A DNA stretch of 64,000 nucleotides from Candidatus Bathyarchaeia archaeon (GCA_038873195.1 JAVZEV010000001.1:150490-214489), one strand, 5' to 3'. Positions 36,766-43,796 are shown, counted from the stretch's first letter. A program made the numbers and translations. Notes: generated from the letters alone by a model not told the origin.

Positions 36766-36866
36766 AAATAGAAACCCCCGTTAGTTTGGTTGGGGGAGGG
36801 AAAGCTGGTGTCTGTTCAGGTGTGTGCACACTCTTACTTGCACCAGCCCATCTTCCCCCTTTAACC

Positions 36867-37016
36867 CTAAGCAGTTTGGAGAAACTGCTCCAACGCTGCA
36901 CGAACCACGTCTGAAAGGTTCTTAAATTTCCCTTGCCTGATTAATTCCTGTATTTTCTCCCTAAATTCTGAAGGCAATCGCAATGCAATTCGTTCGTCAT
37001 GTTTTTGGGCTTTCAA
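36867..37016 (-). CDS. Ribbon-helix-helix (CopG-like) protein, element copy A
   Basis: Own translation; 49 aa, TTG start. Sequence: (M)KAQKHDERIALRLPSEFREKIQELIRQGKFKNLSDVVRAALEQFLQTA. Paralogous to 40502-40648. Confidence 0.6.
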   Translation of the reverse strand: MKAQKHDERIALRLPSEFREKIQELIRQGKFKNLSDVVRAALEQFLQTA

Positions 37017-37076
37017 GTTTTCACCTTAAAAAGCTGTGTCAAACGCTTATATAGGAGTACACTGACATTTTTACAT

Positions 37077-37538
37077 ATGTTTGACATGTCAGTTGCTGAC
37101 ATATTAAAGGAGCATGGAAAATGGATTGAGAGCAGCAAATTCCTCAAAAAAGTAAGAGAGAAACTAAACATAAGCGAAAGACAAGCATACAGATTAATCA
37201 AAAAAGATAAGCTAATTCTAAAGCTTACTCTCCAAGATCGAAGAGTTCTTTATGGATTAGCTGAATTTGGTTTACCAACCTCTGAAGCTGAGAAGCCTTC
37301 AGAAATTGAGTTAATCAAAGAAGACGCTGTTAAAGGAAACGATGTTGAAGCATGGAATAGGCTTGTCCTTTATGCAGACACCCATAATCTAAACCCGCAC
37401 CCTACAGCATTATACAACGAAAACATAGCCAAGTTGAAAAAGGAAAATTCAATTTATCTTTTGACGGGTGTTCCAGACGAAATAGAGTTTAAAATTAGAA
37501 GAAACATTATTCGATATTGGCTAAGAAAATTAGAATAA
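37077..37538 (+). CDS. Hypothetical HTH-containing protein (element)
   Basis: Start moved to M27 of the track ORF, about 25 nt after TTATATA, which removes the overlap with the RHH gene. KLNISERQAYRLIKKDK looks like an HTH. Confidence 0.4.
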   Translation: MFDMSVADILKEHGKWIESSKFLKKVREKLNISERQAYRLIKKDKLILKLTLQDRRVLYGLAEFGLPTSEAEKPSEIELIKEDAVKGNDVEAWNRLVLYADTHNLNPHPTALYNENIAKLKKENSIYLLTGVPDEIEFKIRRNIIRYWLRKLE

Positions 37539-37580
37539 CAAAAAAAGGGAAGTTAAGAGGCTGTGATGCTCGTAGTGTTG

Positions 37581-37868
37581 TTACATTCCTCTTCTAACGT
37601 AGCCGAGGATTATCACTGCTCCAACTATTATTGGAATGATTACGAGCAGTGTCATTGCAACCCAAATGTTGCTTTGCAATGCAGCCCAAGTGCTGTTCGC
37701 TTGCGCAGTCCAGCCGGCTTGAGATTGGCTGTTAACCAAGCTTTGAATCACTATGATAGCTATCAACAGCGAAACCATGATTCCAACCAGAACGCCAATT
37801 ACTCCGCCGCCGCCCATAGGTGCCTCAGCCCTCTTGTCTTCGAGAAACTTCCTCAGTTTTTTAAACAC
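37581..37868 (-). CDS. Small two-TM membrane protein. Candidate spindle-virus-type major capsid protein.
   Basis: 95 aa. Charged leader MFKKLRKFLEDKRAEAP, helix 1 VIGVLVGIMVSLLIAIIVIQSLVNS, polar linker with NST, helix 2 LLVIIPIIVGAVIILGYVRR. Confidence 0.45.
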   Translation of the reverse strand: MFKKLRKFLEDKRAEAPMGGGGVIGVLVGIMVSLLIAIIVIQSLVNSQSQAGWTAQANSTWAALQSNIWVAMTLLVIIPIIVGAVIILGYVRRGM

Positions 37869-37943
37869 TATACTCTTTCACCTCTTTCTTTTTCCATGTA
37901 TAAAAGTTGAATGGTAAAGCGTATTTAAGCACGATAATAGTGA

Positions 37944-37959
37944 ACTATAATATTATAGT
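37944..37959. promoter_or_regulatory. Perfect 16-bp palindrome ACTATAATATTATAGT upstream of the two-TM gene
   Basis: Read directly. It lies between the stop at 37977 and the start at 37868. Confidence 0.35.
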
Positions 37960-37976
37960 GACTGGTTTATGGACTA

Positions 37977-38489
37977 TTATTCCAGAATTTTTGCGGCTTC
38001 CCTAAGCAAAACTGCACAGGCTTTGCGATACTTTGGATAGAGCGTTTCCGAAGCTTCCAGGAATTCTCGGAATAAACCGTCACCTTCACATTGAACGTTT
38101 AAACTTTGCGAATGCGCCATTCTCCGCTTCATTTTCTTAGCTATTGACGTGTGAGTCACTTGAAAGCCGATTTCCCTCATTTTAGCGGCTATTTTGCGGA
38201 GGCTTAACCCTTCTTTTTGCAGTTTCTCTATGAAAGCGTAAGTTTCCTCGTTCCACACGATAGGCTTTAGCTCGGAAGGCTTAGCCGCTACATTCTCGTT
38301 GTTGCTGTCGGATTTCTTTAAGAAAAAGAATAGTTTGCCATTATATGCTTGCTGAAAAACCTTAACGCCTTCCTTACTTAACTGTTCATTCCATTCAGGC
38401 TTAAAAAGTGCATGTGGAATTAGAAGGCACGAGCCGAAAAACGTGTCTTCCAAAGGGAAGCTTTCGCTTAACTGTTCATATAAACCCAT
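37977..38489 (-). CDS. Hypothetical protein with an HTH-like segment (element)
   Basis: 170 aa. GLSLRKIAAKMREIGFQVTHTSIAKKMKR resembles a helix-turn-helix. Confidence 0.4.
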   Translation of the reverse strand: MGLYEQLSESFPLEDTFFGSCLLIPHALFKPEWNEQLSKEGVKVFQQAYNGKLFFFLKKSDSNNENVAAKPSELKPIVWNEETYAFIEKLQKEGLSLRKIAAKMREIGFQVTHTSIAKKMKRRMAHSQSLNVQCEGDGLFREFLEASETLYPKYRKACAVLLREAAKILE

Positions 38490-38518
38490 ATTGCCCTTAG
38501 GATAATGGGTTTGTTTCC

Positions 38519-38635
38519 AAATTTAAACTTTAACTTAAAAATATCAAAGATGCAGACTCTGCATCTTTGAAAGATGTTTTGGGAAAAATTTAAACTTTAA
38601 CGCAACCTGAAGTTACCGCCACACGCCGTGTGGCG
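38519..38635. repeat. 16-bp direct repeat AAATTTAAACTTTAAC (38519-38534 and 38586-38601) flanking a 12-bp-stem hairpin (38544-38570). A second hairpin CGCCACAC-GCC-GTGTGGCG follows at 38617-38635.
   Basis: Read directly in the intergenic region of the element. Confidence 0.7.
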
Positions 38636-38840
38636 AATAGCGTATCATAATATTGGCAACACAGAGTTAAGCTTCAACGCAACCGTAACAGACTTGCCAG
38701 ACGGCTGGACAGTCAGCATGGACAAGACAAGCTGGATTCTACCCGTTGGCGCAACAACAAACCTAACCGTGACACTTCAGCTAACAAAAGCCTTGCCAAT
38801 TGGCTCGTACAGTTTCAACCTAGCCTTCTACATACCATAA
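38628..38840 (+). pseudogene. Probable C-terminal remnant of a CARDB/NEW3-like surface-protein gene
   Basis: The 70-aa ORF starts with GTG inside a hairpin. ELSFNATVTDLPDGWTVSMDKTSWILPVGATTNLTVTLQLTKALPIGSYSFNL is a single beta-sandwich domain end, with no signal peptide. Confidence 0.35.
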
Positions 38841-39037
38841 CTCAAAAGAACACTACGAGCATCTACCCTAACCTTCCCTTTTTTCTTTATCCAATGAGAT
38901 AAAATCTATTTTTATCTCATACTAGATTAATTTTGCATGGAAAAGCTCAATTTAAGCTTGTTTTCGTTTCACTATTAATTTAAGCATTGTTGTTGATGTA
39001 TGTGGTAAAGAAATAATGTTAATGGTTGCGTATTACT

Positions 39038-39229
39038 CTAAGTTATGTAGTCCCTCGGATTCCTTTTACGCTCTAACAAGAAAGCTTCCTGAGTCATGCG
39101 TGAATGAATAGTTTCGTTGTAAAGCTGAAGCTCATCTAACTCCAGCTCCCTCTCCAGGATGCGCATTTCAAGTGTTTTGCGCTTATGCTTTTTCCTTTTC
39201 ACCTTTACTTTTTCCACGTTCAAAACCAC
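39038..39229 (-). CDS. Hypothetical basic coiled-coil protein (element)
   Basis: 63 aa, Lys/Arg/Glu-rich. Last gene of the minus-strand string 40648->39038. Confidence 0.3.
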   Translation of the reverse strand: MVLNVEKVKVKRKKHKRKTLEMRILERELELDELQLYNETIHSRMTQEAFLLERKRNPRDYIT

Positions 39230-39282
39230 CTACCATAACGATAAACACTAACAACGCAAAAATCAAAAAGAGAAAATCGCCA

Positions 39283-39630
39283 TTATCCATGTTCTAAAAC
39301 CTCATGCAGTTTCTCGATAGGCTTAACTTCAGTTTGAGAAGTTTGAGGCTTCCGCTTATCCACAATGTCCAATTTCCTTTTCCTATCTAAACCGTAGCGT
39401 TTCAAAACCTTCTCGAAGGGAACACCACACGCCAACTCATTAACTGCATTAAGAAACATGGCTTTCCCAATATTGCCTTCAGCTATTGGATAATATGAAT
39501 CTTCACTATCCAGAACGCTTTTAATAATGAAAAGCAACTCTGCAAAGCTTAACGGTTCAGTGTAGGCTTCCACAAGCACGAGAATATCGTTAGGCCCTTT
39601 CTTACCATTAACCAAATGCAAAACAACCAT
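39283..39630 (-). CDS. Hypothetical protein (element)
   Basis: 115-aa ORF. Its start overlaps the upstream stop (39630). Confidence 0.4.
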   Translation of the reverse strand: MVVLHLVNGKKGPNDILVLVEAYTEPLSFAELLFIIKSVLDSEDSYYPIAEGNIGKAMFLNAVNELACGVPFEKVLKRYGLDRKRKLDIVDKRKPQTSQTEVKPIEKLHEVLEHG

Positions 39631-39974
39631 TACCGCTTAACCTCTCGCTTTTTCCTTCCCACAGTTGAACCATTCCTATACACCCAATAAAACCAGCCTT
39701 CCGAATTCACGCAGCCCCCAGCATGCTCATTAAGAAACTTCAGCAATGCCTTATGCTCAGGATTGTTATAGTCTTCGCTTACCTCAAACTCTCCCTTCGC
39801 ACCTTCCCGCTTTTGCCAATTTATCTTACCAGCGTCAAAAGGCAACTTAACCGAAGGCTTAGCCTCTCCCATCAACTTTTCAATTTGCCTCCGAAATTTA
39901 ACAACTGAAGCCTCAACACCATTAAGAAAATCAATAATGTCCTCCGCTAAAATCTTCAAATCCTCACCGGCCAA
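39630..39974 (-). CDS. Hypothetical protein (element)
   Basis: Track ORF 39630-40187 shortened to TTG 39974, which overlaps the stop of the 166-aa ORF. The C-terminal part KLPFDAGKINWQKREGAKGEFEV...GWFYWVYRNGSTVGRKK looks like genuine coding sequence. ATG 39872 is an alternative start. Confidence 0.35.
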   Translation of the reverse strand: MAGEDLKILAEDIIDFLNGVEASVVKFRRQIEKLMGEAKPSVKLPFDAGKINWQKREGAKGEFEVSEDYNNPEHKALLKFLNEHAGGCVNSEGWFYWVYRNGSTVGRKKREVKR

Positions 39975-40464
39975 TTTTCCGCCACCCCTCCAACCGACTC
40001 TTAACCCTAAGAAAATGCAACTCACACAACCACAACACACCTTCACAATCAAACGCCTTAAAAACCGCCTTCCGACTGCAAAACGCACAACACTCCAAAG
40101 AACCACGAACAACACCCTCACCACCCACAGACTCCTCCGCATACCTACGCACACGCTTGACGGCACGCTCAACAACCAAATTCTCAATCTTAATCGGCTT
40201 GATAGTACGACTAAGGTGCACCTTGCCTTCTAACCATCCGAAAATCATGGGTTCGAGCACGTGGCAAATGCTCAAAGAATTGCGCTTTATTTCCGATTTA
40301 AAGGCATTCCAAAGCTCCAAATTACACTTGAAACTAACACTTTTTCGAGGCGCATCTAAACGAAAGTGCACCTTTGTAATACTCTCAGTGTTATCGTTTT
40401 GGTTTTGTTGTGTTGTGTTTTGGTTTTTGGAAAGTTTTATATCTGGTTTCTTGCTATTTTCCAT
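39964..40464 (-). CDS. Hypothetical protein with a C-terminal Cys cluster (element)
   Basis: 166 aa. Asn/Gln-rich N-terminus, then CCAFCSRKAVFKAFDCEGVLWLCELH. Confidence 0.4.
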   Translation of the reverse strand: MENSKKPDIKLSKNQNTTQQNQNDNTESITKVHFRLDAPRKSVSFKCNLELWNAFKSEIKRNSLSICHVLEPMIFGWLEGKVHLSRTIKPIKIENLVVERAVKRVRRYAEESVGGEGVVRGSLECCAFCSRKAVFKAFDCEGVLWLCELHFLRVKSRLEGWRKIGR

Positions 40465-40501
40465 TTGTCTACACTTCCTTTTTTTCTGTTTTAAGCTTGA
40501 A

Positions 40502-40648
40502 TTAGCTTGCTTGTACTTGGGTTTCGAGAAATTGTTTGAGTGCGGTTCTGATTATTTCGGTTATAGTTTTGAATTTTCCAGCTTTGATTAGAGCCTCGAG
40601 CTGTTGTCTTTCTGTTTGGTTTATGCGGATTCCAATTCTTCTGTTCAT
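40502..40648 (-). CDS. Ribbon-helix-helix (CopG-like) protein, element copy B
   Basis: Own translation, 48 aa: MNRRIGIRINQTERQQLEALIKAGKFKTITEIIRTALKQFLETQVQAS. The track instead lists a low-complexity ORF in another frame (40491-40760). Confidence 0.6.
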   Translation of the reverse strand: MNRRIGIRINQTERQQLEALIKAGKFKTITEIIRTALKQFLETQVQAS

Positions 40649-40661
40649 GTTTTTCACCGTC

Positions 40662-40691
40662 GTTCGACAGTTTTAAATAAAAGTGTCGAAC
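40662..40691. promoter_or_regulatory. 8-bp inverted repeat GTTCGACA-n14-TGTCGAAC bracketing a TATA-like TTTTAAATAAAA. Candidate RHH operator.
   Basis: Read directly between the divergent genes 40648(-) and 40717(+). A related half-site GTGTCAAAC...TGACA brackets TTATATA at 37037-37067, next to RHH copy A. Confidence 0.45.
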
Positions 40692-40716
40692 ATTAATAAG
40701 AATAGGCGACAAGACA

Positions 40717-41280
40717 ATGTCCCAAAAGGACACTAAAGAAAAAAGAAAGGAACGAATCAAAGAGTTTCTAAGAGAATTTGGAGCTTTATCAACAACTCAG
40801 CTCACTAATAAGATTAACGAGAAATATCAGCTTCACTATAACAAGAAAACTATCCAGAGAGACATTTCCGAGCTTATGTTAGAAGGATGTGTAAAACCGA
40901 ATCCGCCTATAGGAAGAGAACAAACATATTCCTTACCAGAAAAATCTAATACTAAAACAGTTTCAACCTATCTGCTGACTCGTTTATGGAGAGAGGAAGA
41001 GGAAATCGAAAAGCTGAATCTTTATAATGAGTCTGTGAGAGCATATATGAAAGCAAGATTGTTATGGCTGAAACTTCCTTCACCATTCAAACAGAAACTT
41101 TCGCCAGCCTTTAAAAAAGTCAGTGAAGCCCTTGCATCAATTTCAGCGGAATCTCTTTTGTTTGATATAAGGGAGCTAAGGAAAATAAGGTATCTGCGAG
41201 AAATAGGTATTCCATTCTTAATTGAAAACATATCCTTAGTTTTACATGAAATTGAGAAGGAAGGTGCTTCTAATGAGTGA
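40717..41280 (+). CDS. Hypothetical protein with an N-terminal winged-helix-like domain (element)
   Basis: RIKEFLREFGALSTTQLTNKINEKYQLHYNKKTIQRDISELMLEG. Confidence 0.45.
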   Translation: MSQKDTKEKRKERIKEFLREFGALSTTQLTNKINEKYQLHYNKKTIQRDISELMLEGCVKPNPPIGREQTYSLPEKSNTKTVSTYLLTRLWREEEEIEKLNLYNESVRAYMKARLLWLKLPSPFKQKLSPAFKKVSEALASISAESLLFDIRELRKIRYLREIGIPFLIENISLVLHEIEKEGASNE

Positions 41281-41686
41281 GTATGAGCACGGATTAAACC
41301 ACTCGAGCGGTTCATTCACTTTCACTCGAGTTACCACGCCAAAAAAAGAAGCTAAAATCACAGTCGGATTAACCATAAAGCCAACACTCTTAGCTGAAGC
41401 ACGAAAGCACAACCTAAACCTAAGCCGAATCCTCGAACAAGCATTAAACTCAATCCTCGAATACCTAGCTCAACAAAACAAAACCGAAAGCTCTATATCT
41501 CTTACCGTCGGTTCTCTTCCGAGAGAAACGACACGGGCCCGTAGCTCAGTAAGGACAGAGCACCGGGCTTTTAACCCGGGGGTCCCGGGTTCAAACTTGG
41601 AAGGTTTGTGCCTTTCCAGGGGACAGTTCCCGGCGGGCCCGTTTATAGGCGTATTGACATTATTTTTTAAAATTTTGTGGTTGTGA
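41273..41686 (+). CDS. CcdA/RHH-like small protein whose reading frame continues through tRNA-Lys. The 3' end is unreliable.
   Basis: KITVGLTIKPTLLAEARKHNLNLSRILEQALNSILEYL. ATG 41273 overlaps the upstream stop. There is no stop before the tRNA gene that starts at 41535. Confidence 0.35.
   Translation: MSEYEHGLNHSSGSFTFTRVTTPKKEAKITVGLTIKPTLLAEARKHNLNLSRILEQALNSILEYLAQQNKTESSISLTVGSLPRETTRARSSVRTEHRAFNPGVPGSNLEGLCLSRGQFPAGPFIGVLTLFFKILWL
41535..41641 (+). tRNA. tRNA-Lys (anticodon UUU) with a 32-nt insertion, a putative non-canonical intron, in the T-loop (41596-41627)
   Basis: Hand-folded. Acceptor GGGCCCG/CGGGCCC, D stem GCTC/GAGC, anticodon arm CCGGG-CTTTTAA-CCCGG, T stem CCGGG/CCCGG. 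The T-loop TTCAAA|T is interrupted after position 59. CCA is not encoded. Confidence 0.8.
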
Positions 41687-41768
41687 CTCTTGGAAAACGC
41701 ATCCTTTATAGTAATATTCATGATTGCGGAATATTTGTTAAAGTATCCTCTATTAATTATATGCATGA

Positions 41769-43796
41769 TTGGAGATGGGCTTTAAGATAAAAAGATTAGC
41801 TGTGACGCTTACAATCGCAGTTTTTCTTATAGGATTAATACACATGAACATGAAAATTACTTTTTCAGAAAGCATTGGAGGAAAAATTGACCTCTATACA
41901 CAGAACGAGCCATACAGTGGAAAAGGTCCAAACATGCCAAGCGACGCGTTCGAACCAGGTAAACTAGTTGTCTTATATGCGTTAGTTACATATAATGAAG
42001 CTCCAGTGCAAAATTTGATTGTAAACTTTTATGTGCAAAGTCCAAATGGTTCTATTTTTTATCTTACTGAGAAAACTGACGAGACGGGAATTGCAAGAGT
42101 TAACTTTACAATACCATATAAATCTGTTAACGTAACTGATATTTTTGGAGTATGGTTTGTTTCTGCAACTGTTGCAATTAATGGTAATAACTTTCAAGAT
42201 ACTTTATCTTTTAAAGTAGATTGGATTGTAAAACTGCTTTCAGTAAAGACCATCGACGGAAACCTCACCGAAAGAAATGCCTTTGGAATCGGAGGGTATG
42301 TCGGATTAGAAGTGACCCTTAGGAACATAGCAATGACAACGAAAAATGCTACAATTGCGATAACCATAGAAGACGAATTAATGGTTCCAATAAGTTCTTT
42401 CCACATAAATGATTTTGAACTTCAGTCAAACGAAAAAATAGTTAAAGTTTACTTCAAATTGTTCATTCCAAAATGGGCATTTATTGGAAGAGCAACCGTT
42501 TTTGTGTCTGCCTTAACTGCTCCAGTAGAGCAGAATGGAGTGCCATACTGCCCTGGAATATCAACTTCATTCTACATCACAATTCAAAATCTCATGACAA
42601 TGGATTTTCATGACGTTTCAATAGTAAAAGTTCTCCCCTCATCTAACTCGGTAAAGATTGGTGAGTTGGTTATTGTTAATGTAACGGTAAGAAATGAAGG
42701 AACAGCTACAGAAAACTTCGTTGTGAGCATCTATTATGACAATTTTTTTGTTCAAAACATGAGTATAGAGCTACTCGAACCATACTCTTCAAAAATGCTA
42801 ACTTGCATCTTTGACACATCCCTTCTTGGTCCCGGAAACTATACGCTAACGGCGTTTATCCCCTATCTACTTAATGAAGCCGATTACGTAGACAATCTCT
42901 TCGAAGATGGAGTTATTGAGGTTAGATTTAGGCAATATTACCTGACTATACATGTAGAACCCTCTGATGCCACATTTATTTCTGGTGAAGGATGGTATGA
43001 TGAAGGTTCAAACGTGACTTTAGATGCTCCTAATTATGTTCTTAAATCGGCTGGCGTGCGCTATATGTTTAACCATTGGGTTGTGAATGGAATACAGAAT
43101 CTGGCTAACTCAATAACGGTAATTATGAACACCAATCACACAGTCACAGCATATTACACTTTGCAGTATTATCTAACTGTTCTCTCATCTTATGGAGTAG
43201 CCGGTGGAGAAGGATGGTATGACGCTAACACCATAGCCTATGCTACTTTAGATGCTGGCGTTATTGACCACAGAAACAATACTCGTAGAGTGTTTACCCG
43301 TTGGGGCGGAGATGCTTACGGGTCTCATTTTATGCAAAGTGAGGAAATATTTATGGACAAGCCTAAAACAGCGGTGGCTGTCTGGAAAACGCAATATTAC
43401 TTAACAGTGAAAGTTGACCCATCTGCAATTGTGATGATTCTTGGAGAAGGTTGGTATGATCAATTTGAAAATGTCACCTTAACAGCTCCGGCTGTTGAAG
43501 GATACGACTTTAACTATTGGAAAGTTGACGAAACCACTCAAAACGCTGGAACACGCACAATAACCGTTTTCATGAATGCCCCTCACAACGCGACAGCCTA
43601 CTATCACTCTACCGGAGCAGGCGCATATTTCCCATGGTGGTCACTTTTCTGGTATCTGCTCTTCCCACTAGCATTGATACTCGTAATCCTTCTTGCTCTG
43701 CTTTATCGCAGAAGGAAAAAGAAGAAAGAAGACACGTTCTACAGAGGCTGGACTGCTTGGTATTACTGTTACGACCTGCGAAAAAGAATCCGTTAA
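41769..43796 (+). CDS. Large surface protein: signal/anchor, CARDB-like domain, three ~76-aa tandem repeats, C-terminal TM and a basic tail
   Basis: VIVNVTVRNEGTATENFVVSIYY (CARDB-like). QYYLT...GEGWYD...AYY repeated three times. LFPLALILVILLALLYRRRKKKK. Confidence 0.6.
   Translation: MEMGFKIKRLAVTLTIAVFLIGLIHMNMKITFSESIGGKIDLYTQNEPYSGKGPNMPSDAFEPGKLVVLYALVTYNEAPVQNLIVNFYVQSPNGSIFYLTEKTDETGIARVNFTIPYKSVNVTDIFGVWFVSATVAINGNNFQDTLSFKVDWIVKLLSVKTIDGNLTERNAFGIGGYVGLEVTLRNIAMTTKNATIAITIEDELMVPISSFHINDFELQSNEKIVKVYFKLFIPKWAFIGRATVFVSALTAPVEQNGVPYCPGISTSFYITIQNLMTMDFHDVSIVKVLPSSNSVKIGELVIVNVTVRNEGTATENFVVSIYYDNFFVQNMSIELLEPYSSKMLTCIFDTSLLGPGNYTLTAFIPYLLNEADYVDNLFEDGVIEVRFRQYYLTIHVEPSDATFISGEGWYDEGSNVTLDAPNYVLKSAGVRYMFNHWVVNGIQNLANSITVIMNTNHTVTAYYTLQYYLTVLSSYGVAGGEGWYDANTIAYATLDAGVIDHRNNTRRVFTRWGGDAYGSHFMQSEEIFMDKPKTAVAVWKTQYYLTVKVDPSAIVMILGEGWYDQFENVTLTAPAVEGYDFNYWKVDETTQNAGTRTITVFMNAPHNATAYYHSTGAGAYFPWWSLFWYLLFPLALILVILLALLYRRRKKKKEDTFYRGWTAWYYCYDLRKRIR

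Larger units (their letters stand above)
34084..41534. mobile_element. Integrated element (cryptic provirus or plasmid) bounded on the right by tRNA-Lys. The left limit is taken as the integrase 3' end.
   Basis: Tyrosine integrase, P-loop ATPase, two RHH genes, several HTH or zinc-finger ORFans and a small two-TM protein. The last ORF lacks its own stop and runs into the tRNA. The boundaries are not proven, because no att repeat was found by eye. Confidence 0.55.

Noticed and set aside
39975-40187. The N-terminal 70 codons of track ORF 39630-40187 (MRIWLLSVPSSVCVGMRRSLWVVRVLFVV...).
   Set aside because: This Arg/Val/Cys/Trp-rich segment lies out of frame inside the better-looking 166-aa ORF (39964-40464). 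I shortened the gene to a TTG at 39974.
40491-40760. The 89-aa minus-strand ORF listed in the track.
   Set aside because: It is a low-complexity Asn/Arg/Lys-rich translation. Another frame of the same region encodes a clean 48-aa RHH protein (40502-40648) with an ATG start, paralogous to 36867-37016.
41596-41627. The T-loop insertion in tRNA-Lys interpreted as the integration scar of the adjacent element.
   Set aside because: The element lies on the 5' side of the tRNA, not within or 3' of the T-arm. The insertion folds as a compact hairpin, and removing it restores a perfect T-loop. An intron is the simpler reading, although a pseudogene cannot be excluded without RNA data.
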